Below, in pieces: positions 28,223-37,133 of a stretch of 64,000 bases of DNA. The translations under genes were made by a program, and so were the position numbers. The stretch covers positions 15,360-79,359 of the forward strand of contig CAZJFE010000001.1 in the NCBI GenBank assembly GCA_964545345.1. The letters run 5' to 3'. The stretch is from an uncultured Candidatus Saccharibacteria bacterium (GTDB taxonomy: Bacteria > Patescibacteriota > Minisyncoccia > UBA6257 > WO2-44-18). The notes under the pieces were generated by a model. It did no database searches and had not been told where the DNA came from. It worked only from the letters and a program-made list of their open reading frames with translations. How positions within the stretch are numbered: the stretch's first letter is position 1; the number at the start of each line of letters is the position of its first letter.

Positions 28223-29223
28223 TGCTTTCAACGGATGCTCAGGTTTGCAATGAAGGGAGCGCTGTGCGCGCCCGTGTTTTGGAGTATGGCAAATTGTTTG
28301 AGGAACTCCATGTGATTGTTTATACCCGCCCCGGAAAGAAAGAGGAGGTAATAGGCAACGTCCATCTCTGGCCAACTAATAATCGGTTAAAATTTGGGTA
28401 TTTCGGAAGGGCGCTGAAGCTCGGGAAGAATCTTCTCAAAGCGGGAGGCGATTGGGTGGTTTCTTCACAGGATCCATTTGAGACTGGCTGGGTAGCTTAT
28501 CAATTGAAGAAGATCTTTGGTGTCCCTTTTCAAGCCCAGATCCATACCGATTTTTTAAGTCCTTACTTTGTTTTGGGATCGTTCAAAAACCGAGTTAGAG
28601 TTTTGCTGGCTCAGTGGTTAGTAAAGCGCGCTGACCGTGTGCGGGTTGTTTCCGATCGCATTAAAAGATCCCTGATTGCGCTCGATTCTAATTTGGAGAA
28701 AAAGACTATTGTCTTGCCGATATTCGTAGATGTGGAGAAGATTCGTGCTACAGCCCCTGATTTGGGACTACAGAAGAGATATAAATCCAACGGTGAATTT
28801 CTGATTTTGACCGTTGCCAGAGATGCACCAGAAAAAAGTTTAAGCTTAGCTGAGAAAATCGTTGATGCATTGAAGAAAAATAATCCGAAGCTTGATTGGC
28901 TACTGATCAGCAATGCATCATCGGCGCTTCCTTACTATAAAATTGCTGATTTATTTTTACTAACCTCTAACTATGAGGGCTACGGAATGGCGGCGGTGGA
29001 GGCGGCCGCGGCCGGTATTCCAGTAGTGATGACTGATGTCGGCGTGGCGTTGGGGGCGACTTTTCCTGTTGGCGATAAAGCAAAAGCTGTAGAGATAATT
29101 GAAGGTTTGATAAAGAATTCTGAGAAGCGCCGGCAGTTAGTTGAGAAACAGAATGAGTTTTTCCGGAATTGGCCGACTAAGCAGCAATATTTAGAAAGGT
29201 ATAAAGCCAGCTTAACTTTTTAA
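28210..29223 (+). CDS. Glycosyltransferase family 4-like (start at internal ATG 28210, 13-nt overlap with previous gene)
   Basis: TSNYEGYGMAAVEAAAAGIPVVMTDVG. Confidence 0.75.
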   Translation: MRILMLSTDAQVCNEGSAVRARVLEYGKLFEELHVIVYTRPGKKEEVIGNVHLWPTNNRLKFGYFGRALKLGKNLLKAGGDWVVSSQDPFETGWVAYQLKKIFGVPFQAQIHTDFLSPYFVLGSFKNRVRVLLAQWLVKRADRVRVVSDRIKRSLIALDSNLEKKTIVLPIFVDVEKIRATAPDLGLQKRYKSNGEFLILTVARDAPEKSLSLAEKIVDALKKNNPKLDWLLISNASSALPYYKIADLFLLTSNYEGYGMAAVEAAAAGIPVVMTDVGVALGATFPVGDKAKAVEIIEGLIKNSEKRRQLVEKQNEFFRNWPTKQQYLERYKASLTF

Positions 29224-29224
29224 T

Positions 29225-29252
29225 ATGAAATCCCGTTAGAAATTCTACTCAA
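29225..29252. repeat. Outer inverted repeat A (28 bp, atgaaatcccgttagaaattctactcaa); perfect inverted copy at 37064-37091
   Basis: Exact 28/28 reverse-complement match read directly from the sequence. Confidence 0.9.
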
Positions 29253-29317
29253 TAAAGTTATAAAGAAAATATGATAATTATCCAAAGAAAATTAAGGTTT
29301 AGCCAAAGGTCATTGTT

Positions 29318-29343
29318 TGGTCAATATTTCTAACGGGATGAAA
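29318..29343. repeat. Inner inverted repeat B (26 bp, tggtcaatatttctaacgggATGaaa) containing the start codon of the GT gene; perfect inverted copy at 36972-36997; 14-nt core complementary to repeat A
   Basis: Exact 26/26 reverse-complement match; ATG at 29338-29340 lies inside the repeat. Confidence 0.9.
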
Positions 29344-30405
29344 ATTTTATTTATTACTCAAAAAGCGGATAAAAATGATGACGTGCTTGGGGTCTATCAT
29401 CGTTGGATAGAGGGGCTTGCTCAACATTTCGAGAAAGTTTCTGTCATTTGTTTATACAAAGGGCAGACGGCGCTTCCGGAGAATGTATCAGTCTATTCTT
29501 TGGGTAAAGAACTGGCTGTCAGTTCTCAGTGGCAGTACGCGCTTCGCTTCCTGAAATTGATCTGGCAATTAAGGAATGATTATGACCGGGTTTTCGTTCA
29601 TATGAATCCGGAATATGTGGTTTTAGGCGGATTATTTTGGAAATTATCCAGGAAAAAAGTTGTGCTTTGGTATGCTCACTATCTGAGCAATTTGAAACTA
29701 AGAATCGCGGTTTTGTTGGCGGATCGGGTCGTTACTTCAATTCGTTTAGCGTTTCCCTTTCCGACAAAAAAGTTACAGGTTTTACAACAAGGGATTGACA
29801 CTATGCTTTTCTCTCCAGCTAAAACCGCTCAGTCGTCTTCTGATAACTTGAACGTATTATTCTTAGGCAGGATCGCTCCGGTAAAGAATTTGGATGTTCT
29901 CGTGAGGGCCATCCAGCTCGCGCGTCAGCGGATTCCGGTCAAACTTTCAGTAGTGGGGGCGCCGACTCTGGGGCGTTCCGCGGAGCGTGGTTATTATACG
30001 GGGATTAAAAAATTAGTGGACGATCTGGGCTTAGCCGGCTTAGTGAACTTTCATAATCCGGTGGCGAATAAGGATACGCCGGCAATTTACCGGAAGCATG
30101 ATTTGTTTGTTAACCTTACGGTAACCGGAAGTTTTGATAAGAGTACGCTGGAAGCGATGGCTTGTGGAATTCCAGTGCTGATAAGCAACCTTGCCTTTCG
30201 AGATATCCTGGGACCAGAGTTGAGCAACCAGTTGATGTTTAAAGAAGGAGACCATCGGGATTTAGCGGACAAAATTTCTCAAATCGCCGCGCTGAGCGTT
30301 GAGGATCGGGAGAAGCTTGGAGGAAGATTAAGAGAGATTATTGTGAATCAGCATGACCTCGGTAGGTTAGTGATTCGCCTTGCCGAGACCATTAAGACTA
30401 TTTAA
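29338..30405 (+). CDS. Glycosyltransferase family 4
   Basis: FLGRIAPVKNLDVLVRAIQLA...DKSTLEAMACGIPVLISN; ATG 29338 preferred over TTG 29317. Confidence 0.8.
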   Translation: MKILFITQKADKNDDVLGVYHRWIEGLAQHFEKVSVICLYKGQTALPENVSVYSLGKELAVSSQWQYALRFLKLIWQLRNDYDRVFVHMNPEYVVLGGLFWKLSRKKVVLWYAHYLSNLKLRIAVLLADRVVTSIRLAFPFPTKKLQVLQQGIDTMLFSPAKTAQSSSDNLNVLFLGRIAPVKNLDVLVRAIQLARQRIPVKLSVVGAPTLGRSAERGYYTGIKKLVDDLGLAGLVNFHNPVANKDTPAIYRKHDLFVNLTVTGSFDKSTLEAMACGIPVLISNLAFRDILGPELSNQLMFKEGDHRDLADKISQIAALSVEDREKLGGRLREIIVNQHDLGRLVIRLAETIKTI

Positions 30406-30410
30406 TCCAA

Positions 30411-31808
30411 ATGATTATTGATGAATCAGATCGCAAACACAGTTTCCTCCACTATTTTCTAAAGGGGGAGGCAACTAAAAGAGTTTTTGACGGCATTTCA
30501 ACGGCGGTAGGTTTGGTTAATTCCTATTTCATTATTTCTAATCTTTCGGTTTTTCACTTCGGATTGTATCAGTTGATGCTCTCGCTGGTTTCCATATTAG
30601 ATAATTTCAATTTGGATGTGATTGATGGCGTAGTACAAATAGACATGCGAAGAAGCTTCAATGTCGGCAACCGGTCTGCCGCTAAACGTCTTTATTGGGA
30701 CTACGCCAAGATCAAGTTAGGTATTTCTGTGGTTTTCGCGACAGCCGTGTTTTTTGGATCTTCTTTGATCTCCAAATATTACGGCGAGGATCTGGGATTA
30801 TTTATCCGGATATCCAGCTTCCTTTTGATTTTTAGAGCCCTTCAATCATTGGAGACAATGCTTCTAAAGTCCCTGCTCACTTTTTCTTATTGGTCCTATC
30901 CGGCCATTCGTGAATCCGCTAAGTTGTTGTTTGTTCTCGGGTTTTTGTTTTTTTCCGGCCAATTCACTATCACTCAGGTTATCACCGCTCACGTGATTGC
31001 TGACGGCGTGGCGGTTGTGGTGATGACGCTGACGCTTTTTATTAATAAATATCGCAAAGCTTTTATGGGCGTGGTGATGGAATCCAAATCGTTAGTATGG
31101 GGGGTTGTCAGCACCTACGGGAAATGGGCAATGTTACGCTACCTATTCTCCAAAGTCAGCAAAAATTCCACTCCTTGGCTGATTAAATATTTCATTAACA
31201 CCGAAGCAGTCGCCTTCTATGCGTTAGCAGTTAACCTAATCGCGTTTATTGAAAACTTTTTCCCGATGGATGGTTTAGCCCAAATATTGGCTTTCAAGGC
31301 GGACAACCTAGGGCAGATTTCTTCTATCTTTAAGAGGGCGGTTAAGTACGCGTTTTGGTTAGGGGTGATATTTATGATTGGCGGGGCGGTGGTTGCCGCG
31401 CCGGTTGTGGTATTTATCTTTCCAAAGTATGGACCAGCGATGCCGGTTTTCTACGTTATGCTTCTCGCTTTGCCGGTGTTTGGACTCTATAAGATTTTAA
31501 AGAGTACCCTGACGGTTCTCAGAGAGCAGAAGATTTTGACCATGAGGGTCTTTAATGAGGCGGTGTTGATCCCCGCCACTTTAGTTATTTTCTTGCCGTT
31601 CTTTCGGTTGGTTGGAGCCGGCTTCACTTACGCCTTACTGTATTTGGAGCGTTCTTGGTTTTTCTACAGTCAATTGGTCAAAAAATACCCGGATTTCAAA
31701 ATTAAGCCCTGGCAGTTTCTAAGATTTGACCGAGCTGATCGCGATCTGTTAGAAAGGGTGATTGCCGATCCCTGGAGAAAGGCGAAGAACTTAATCGGGG
31801 TTGAATAA
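30411..31808 (+). CDS. Oligosaccharide flippase (Wzx-like, MOP superfamily) membrane protein
   Basis: 465 aa, ~12 predicted TM helices, embedded in glycan cluster. Confidence 0.65.
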   Translation: MIIDESDRKHSFLHYFLKGEATKRVFDGISTAVGLVNSYFIISNLSVFHFGLYQLMLSLVSILDNFNLDVIDGVVQIDMRRSFNVGNRSAAKRLYWDYAKIKLGISVVFATAVFFGSSLISKYYGEDLGLFIRISSFLLIFRALQSLETMLLKSLLTFSYWSYPAIRESAKLLFVLGFLFFSGQFTITQVITAHVIADGVAVVVMTLTLFINKYRKAFMGVVMESKSLVWGVVSTYGKWAMLRYLFSKVSKNSTPWLIKYFINTEAVAFYALAVNLIAFIENFFPMDGLAQILAFKADNLGQISSIFKRAVKYAFWLGVIFMIGGAVVAAPVVVFIFPKYGPAMPVFYVMLLALPVFGLYKILKSTLTVLREQKILTMRVFNEAVLIPATLVIFLPFFRLVGAGFTYALLYLERSWFFYSQLVKKYPDFKIKPWQFLRFDRADRDLLERVIADPWRKAKNLIGVE

Positions 31809-31810
31809 CT

Positions 31811-32971
31811 ATGGGGCAAAAAAGAAAAATTTGTTTGTTTTCTGGCAAGCGCGGCGGGTTCGGCGCTTATTTGCCGTTGATGCGATTAATTGACGCTGAC
31901 CCGGACCTGGAATTACAGATTCTTCTGGGCGATATGCACGCTTCAAAAGAATTTGGCCAGACCGTTGATGAAGCCAGAAAGTTCTTTCCGGAAGCGAAAA
32001 TAGAGGTTATTGAGATGGGCGCCGGTCGCGGTGATAGTCCGGTAGTTCGGGCGGAGAATTTGGGAATGTGTCTGCAGAAAGCTCCGGCGATTTTAGAGAA
32101 GCTAGGGCCGGATTTGGTTTTAGTCCATGGCGACAGGGCGGAGCATTTAATGGTGGCGCTGGCGGCGCTCAATCTTGGTATTCCGGTGGGCCACACTCAA
32201 GGAGGAGAGGTCTCGGGGAACATTGATGATGTTCAGCGGCATGCCATTACCAAGCTGGCCCATCTGCATTTTCCGGAGACGGAAGCCGCCGCCGATCGTT
32301 TGAAGAAACTTGGAGAAGAAACTTGGAGGATTAACGTGGTCGGTTCTACTTACATAGATCGGATCGCGAAGAAGATGTATACACCAACTTCGGAAGCCAG
32401 AGCAAAGTATGGTTTGGAGCCAGAAGAAAAATATTTCTTGGTAATTTTCCACCCGGACACTTATCTTTCTCGTGAAGAAAATTATCAGGCGGCTAAAAAT
32501 ATTTTGGCGGCCATGAAAGATTCGGGATATAAGGCGGCTATCACCTATCCTTGCTCCGACCCCGGCTATCAGGGGGTTTTAGACGCGATGGCGGAAGTTA
32601 AGAATGATCCGCAATTTTTAATTTACAAAAATATAGATAATTTAGATTTTTTGGGATTAATGGCTGGCGCGCGGGCGATCTTGGGTAATTCCTCTTCAGC
32701 TATCGTAGAGGCGCCATATTTCCAGTTGGCGGCCGTTAACGTTGGAAAGCGTCAGATGGGACGTGACCGAGAGGAAAATGTAGTTGATTGTGAGGCGACC
32801 GTTGACGGCATCAAATCCAAGATAAGATTTGTTTTGGAGGATTCAAGTTTCCGGGAGAAATTGAAGCAATGCGGCTACCGGTTGGGAAACGGGCAAGCCG
32901 CCGAAAAAATCCTCGCTGTGTTGAAGACCGCCGAAATCAACGAAAAGTTGCTCAAAAAGCGCCTTGTCTAA
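31811..32971 (+). CDS. UDP-N-acetylglucosamine 2-epimerase, hydrolysing type (NeuC-like)
   Basis: N-term KICLFSGKRGGFGAYLPLMRLI, HGDRAEHLMVALAALNLGIPVGHTQGGEVSGNID, 386 aa; family typical of nonulosonic-acid pathways. Confidence 0.75.
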   Translation: MGQKRKICLFSGKRGGFGAYLPLMRLIDADPDLELQILLGDMHASKEFGQTVDEARKFFPEAKIEVIEMGAGRGDSPVVRAENLGMCLQKAPAILEKLGPDLVLVHGDRAEHLMVALAALNLGIPVGHTQGGEVSGNIDDVQRHAITKLAHLHFPETEAAADRLKKLGEETWRINVVGSTYIDRIAKKMYTPTSEARAKYGLEPEEKYFLVIFHPDTYLSREENYQAAKNILAAMKDSGYKAAITYPCSDPGYQGVLDAMAEVKNDPQFLIYKNIDNLDFLGLMAGARAILGNSSSAIVEAPYFQLAAVNVGKRQMGRDREENVVDCEATVDGIKSKIRFVLEDSSFREKLKQCGYRLGNGQAAEKILAVLKTAEINEKLLKKRLV

Positions 32972-33000
32972 AGACGTCTTTCTTGTTAATTTATTAACTA

Positions 33001-34167
33001 ATGAATTCCAAGCCAAAAGTTTTGATTTTAGGCGGCGATGGCTATTTGGGTTGGCCGACAGCCATGCATTTTGCTCGCCAGGGGTATCAGGTTGCGATTG
33101 CCGATAATATGTCCAAGCGTGTCTGGGAGGCCGAGCTCGGCACGGCGCCGCTTTGGAGCATCCCATTGGTTCATAAGCGGGTTCGTTTATGGAAGGACAA
33201 AGCTGGTCATGAGATAAAACTTTATATTGGTGACATTGCGCAGAATCATCGTTTTGTTTACAAAATGTTTGAGGAATTCCGTCCGGATGCTGTAGTGCAT
33301 TACGCGGAACAGCCATCCGCTCCTTATTCCATGCACAGCCGAGAGAAAGCGGTGAACACTCAGGTCAACAATGTGGCCGGCAACCTGAATGTTTTATTCG
33401 CGATGCGGAAATATACTCCTGATGCTCATTTGGTGAAGCTGGGAACTATGGGCGAGTATGGAACTCCGAACATTGATATTGAGGAGGGTTGGTTAGAGAT
33501 TGAGCACAAAGGCAGAAAAGATAGGGTGTTGTTCCCGAAGAAGCCGGGGTCGTTTTATCACTTAAGCAAAGTACACGACAGCCACAACATTGAATTCGCC
33601 TGCCGAATCTGGGGATTGCGAGCAACCGACCTGAACCAAGGCGTGGTCTATGGTCTTGAGACAGAGGAGACTAAGATGCATCCCGAACTTCTTACCAGTT
33701 TCCATTACGATGATGTTTTCGGTACCGCGTTAAACCGATTTTGCGTTCAGGCGGTTGCCGGTGTACCGCTCACGGTATATGGTCAAGGCGGACAAAAGCG
33801 CGGATTTTTAAATATTAGAGACACTTTGCAGTGTGTTCAAATCGCAGTTGATAATCCGGCGAAATCGGGAGAATTCCGGGTGTTCAACCAGTTCACCGAA
33901 GTTTTTTCAGTGTTGGATTTGGCCAAAACTGTTCAGCAAGCTAGCGAGGCCTTAGGTATCAAGGTTTCCATCAACAATATTCCTAATCCACGAGTAGAGG
34001 CCGAACAGCATTATTACAATCCGAAAAATGATTCATTGCTTAAGTTGGGATTAAAGCCCCGCAATCTCTCTAATGAGCTGATCAATTCCATGCTGGTGAA
34101 TATCCAAAAATCCAAGGATCAGATTGAGCACCACACGATTTTGCCGAAGATCACTTGGAAACAGTAA
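33001..34167 (+). CDS. UDP-sulfoquinovose synthase (SQD1/Agl3 family, extended SDR)
   Basis: Near-colinear match to remembered SQD1 blocks: GGDGYLGW, HYAEQPSAPYSM, VKLGTMGEYGTPNIDIEEG, FYHLSKVHDSHNI, ATDLNQGVVYG, FGTALNRFCVQA, NPRVEAEQHYYN. Confidence 0.85.
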   Translation: MNSKPKVLILGGDGYLGWPTAMHFARQGYQVAIADNMSKRVWEAELGTAPLWSIPLVHKRVRLWKDKAGHEIKLYIGDIAQNHRFVYKMFEEFRPDAVVHYAEQPSAPYSMHSREKAVNTQVNNVAGNLNVLFAMRKYTPDAHLVKLGTMGEYGTPNIDIEEGWLEIEHKGRKDRVLFPKKPGSFYHLSKVHDSHNIEFACRIWGLRATDLNQGVVYGLETEETKMHPELLTSFHYDDVFGTALNRFCVQAVAGVPLTVYGQGGQKRGFLNIRDTLQCVQIAVDNPAKSGEFRVFNQFTEVFSVLDLAKTVQQASEALGIKVSINNIPNPRVEAEQHYYNPKNDSLLKLGLKPRNLSNELINSMLVNIQKSKDQIEHHTILPKITWKQ

Positions 34168-34883
34168 TGTCTAATAATCCGAAAGTTTTAGCGATTATTC
34201 CAGCGAGAGGCGGTTCCAAATCCATTCCCCATAAAAATATTGTTTCGTTAGCGGGCAAACCACTTTTGAGTTATGCGGTTAATGCGATCAAAGCGAGCAA
34301 ATCCGTGAATCGTCTGATCGTGGACACCGATGATCAGAAAATCGCCGATGTGGCGAAAGTTTTGGGGGCGGAGGTTCCGTATTTACGACCGGCCGAGCTT
34401 GCCACCGACACCGCCGCCACGATGCCAGTACTGCGTAATTCGTTGGAATGGTTAGCGAAAAATGAAAATTATTTCCCGGATTATATACTGTTGGTTCAAG
34501 CCACTTCCCCGTTTATTAAAACCTCCGAAATTGAAGCCGCGATTGATCTGATAAAAAAGAATTCCGAAGCCGACTCTGTTACCAGTGTTATTGAGGTGCC
34601 AAACAATTTTCATCCGATTAACTCCCGACTGATCACCGATGATGGCTGGTTGCAATTCGTGGATTCGGTTGAGCGGGCGAAATATAACCAGCGGCAGTCC
34701 AAGCCGAAGCGATACGCGATCGGTAATCTCTGGGTCTTTACGCCCGAAGTGATACAAAAAAAAGATATTCCGATCGGTGATCACTGCTTGCCACTGATTA
34801 TTAAGCCGATGAGCGCTTTTGACATTGATACTCCGGAGGACCTAGAGGTCGCCGAAGCGCTTTTACCAATCGCTTTACGATGA
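34167..34883 (+). CDS. N-acylneuraminate (CMP-nonulosonate/CMP-Kdo family) cytidylyltransferase
   Basis: LAIIPARGGSKSIPHKNI...YLRPAELATD; TAATG overlap with previous stop. Confidence 0.8.
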   Translation: MSNNPKVLAIIPARGGSKSIPHKNIVSLAGKPLLSYAVNAIKASKSVNRLIVDTDDQKIADVAKVLGAEVPYLRPAELATDTAATMPVLRNSLEWLAKNENYFPDYILLVQATSPFIKTSEIEAAIDLIKKNSEADSVTSVIEVPNNFHPINSRLITDDGWLQFVDSVERAKYNQRQSKPKRYAIGNLWVFTPEVIQKKDIPIGDHCLPLIIKPMSAFDIDTPEDLEVAEALLPIALR

Positions 34884-36235
34884 GGACTATTTTTTTAACT
34901 GCTTTCACTAATTTTGTTGTCCGAAATATTTTGGACACGGAAGTTCTGGGCATTTTGAAGTCCGATCCGAATTTGAGGATTGTTATTTTAGCCCCTGATG
35001 AGGAAAGAGATTATTTGGCCAAGCATTTTTCTTCCAACAATGTATTAGTTGAGGGGGTCAGGATGTTGCCGGTTGGCACCACGAAAGCTCTGATTAGTTT
35101 TATCTGTCGGTCTCTAGTTAAGACTTATACCACCGAGATGTTCGCCAAACTGCGCTATAGCCGTCTGGAGTATTTTTGGTACTATTTTCTCGTTAACGTA
35201 TTAGCTGGGCGAGTTTGGTTCATGAAGTTCATGCGTTTTCTAGACAATCTTCTGCTCACTAAGGATCGTTTTGCTACTTATTTTGAAAAATATCAGCCAT
35301 CGTTAGTTTTTTCTACCGACATCACCGATCGGAGCACCGGGGAGAGTGATATTGATCTGATTCGTGAGGCGAAGCATCGGGGTGTTCCGGTTGTTGGTAT
35401 GGTACGTTCCTGGGATAATCTTACTTCCAGGGGGATTATTCGGCAGGTCCCGGACAAAATAATTCTGCATAATGAAATTTTGAAGAATGAGTGTGTGAAA
35501 TATCACGGTATAACGCCGGAGAAGATTATTGTCACGGGTATACCCCATTACGACAACTACCTGAAAGTTAAAAAACTTTCTAGGGAAGAATTTTACCGAC
35601 CCCTTGGCCTCGATCCTAATAAAAAGACTGTATTTTTTGTAGTGACGGCCGATGGCTTCCTGGAAAAGCAGTTTGGCGGCCGCAAGCCGACTATTAATCG
35701 GCATATTTTGGAGCAATTAACCAAATTAAATTCGGACAAATATCAAATTCTAGTTCGCTTCCCCTTAATCGGAACGGTTGATCTTGGAGATTTCAAAACA
35801 CCGGCTAATATGGTTTTTGATCATCCGGGGAAACTGTTTGGCAAGGGAGAGTTGGATCGTGACTCGGATTACCACCTGATTAATTCTTTGTATCACTGCG
35901 ACGTTGGTATTCCTGGTCCCTCAACCATTGCGGCCGACACTCTAATTTTTGATAAACCACTAATAGTGGTCGGTTTTGATAAAGAAAAAGATTTGCCCAT
36001 GGAGGCGAGTATGAGAAAGTTTCTAGCTTTGGAGCATCTTCGGCCGCTTACCGATCTTGGCGCGGCTAGGATCGCCAATGACGAATCGGAGTTGGCCGAT
36101 CTGCTGAATAAGTATTTAGAAAATCCTAAGTCCGACGCGGAAAATCGCCAAAAGGCGATTGAGGCAATTTGCTGGAGATTAGATGGCCAGGCGAGTGAAC
36201 GAGTGGCGCAGTCTATTTTGTCGGGGTTGCGCTAG
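34880..36235 (+). CDS. Uncharacterised GT-B-like putative glycosyl-/phospho-transferase, paralog 1 of 3 (motif RSWDNLTSRG; DHPG; FDKPLIVVGFD)
   Basis: Shares N-terminal MRTIF/MRTIL, RSWDN(L/V)T(S/T) and C-terminal FDKPVI blocks with 41282-42622 and 62882-64000; family not identified. Confidence 0.5.
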   Translation: MRTIFLTAFTNFVVRNILDTEVLGILKSDPNLRIVILAPDEERDYLAKHFSSNNVLVEGVRMLPVGTTKALISFICRSLVKTYTTEMFAKLRYSRLEYFWYYFLVNVLAGRVWFMKFMRFLDNLLLTKDRFATYFEKYQPSLVFSTDITDRSTGESDIDLIREAKHRGVPVVGMVRSWDNLTSRGIIRQVPDKIILHNEILKNECVKYHGITPEKIIVTGIPHYDNYLKVKKLSREEFYRPLGLDPNKKTVFFVVTADGFLEKQFGGRKPTINRHILEQLTKLNSDKYQILVRFPLIGTVDLGDFKTPANMVFDHPGKLFGKGELDRDSDYHLINSLYHCDVGIPGPSTIAADTLIFDKPLIVVGFDKEKDLPMEASMRKFLALEHLRPLTDLGAARIANDESELADLLNKYLENPKSDAENRQKAIEAICWRLDGQASERVAQSILSGLR

Positions 36236-36977
36236 GATCTTTTTGAATCACGTAGCAGACGTTGTAGGCCCAGCGGTATTTCAATAATTGTTCCAGTTTT
36301 GGAAATCTTTTTGCAATCCGGAACACTATCTCCCGCAGTTTTCCTTTCCAGCCGCGGAAAACTTTCGGGGTAACCAAGTACTCTATTCCTAGAACTTTAA
36401 ATCCGCGGAAAATAGTTTTTTCCAAAATTCCTTTTGGCAAGAGAGCGATGTGATTATTTTCCGGACGATAGCTGGCGAAATATCCTTTGCGCATTAAGAA
36501 ATCTACGCTTGGTCGGGATAAAACGTGGGGCGTGGTAAATAGGAAGATGCCGCCGGGCTTCAGAACTCGGTTTACTTCTCGAGACGCGTAAAAAGGGTTT
36601 TCTAAATGAGGAATTACGCACCAGGCGGTTACCGCGTCAAAGGTATTATCGGCCCAAGGAAGTTTTTCAGTGCTTAACTCGGCTAACTTATATTCTTTCA
36701 CTAGCGGCCTAACCTCAGCCGGGAGATATTCTAAAATGTCGTGCGCGTACAGGTTTTTGAAGCCCGCGTTATCTAGTTGCTGTAGAAACAGCCCGCTGGC
36801 AGTGCCCAGATCCAAAACCTTAGCTTCTTCTTTTTTCCACCCGAGGTCCTTAGCGTAAGAGTTTAGAACATCAATTCCAAAGTTGTAGCGGACGTTTTTA
36901 CCGGCGCAATTTTTCAACTTTCCCGCCACTTCGTCTTTGTGACTGCCCCGCAACTCCTCGGTTGTAAAATATTTCAT
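36213..36977 (-). CDS. Class I SAM-dependent methyltransferase (paralog of 39128-39817)
   Basis: VLDLGTASGLF motif I; FDAVTAWCVIPHLENP; start codon embedded in inner inverted repeat B'. Confidence 0.75.
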   Translation of the reverse strand: MKYFTTEELRGSHKDEVAGKLKNCAGKNVRYNFGIDVLNSYAKDLGWKKEEAKVLDLGTASGLFLQQLDNAGFKNLYAHDILEYLPAEVRPLVKEYKLAELSTEKLPWADNTFDAVTAWCVIPHLENPFYASREVNRVLKPGGIFLFTTPHVLSRPSVDFLMRKGYFASYRPENNHIALLPKGILEKTIFRGFKVLGIEYLVTPKVFRGWKGKLREIVFRIAKRFPKLEQLLKYRWAYNVCYVIQKDPSATPTK

Positions 36978-36997
36978 CCCGTTAGAAATATTGACCA
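36972..36997. repeat. Inner inverted repeat B' (reverse complement of 29318-29343), contains the minus-strand start codon of the methyltransferase
   Basis: Exact 26-bp match. Confidence 0.9.
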
Positions 36998-37063
36998 GAC
37001 AACGATTTTATAAAATAGATTTGTTTCATATCATTATATTACCCTTTAGTCCTCCTGACTCTG

Positions 37064-37091
37064 TTGAGTAGAATTTCTAACGGGATTTCAT
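37064..37091. repeat. Outer inverted repeat A' (reverse complement of 29225-29252)
   Basis: Exact 28-bp match. Confidence 0.9.
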
Positions 37092-37133
37092 TGTAATTTA
37101 GACAAAAATAAGTTTAACTGAAAATTAATCAAA

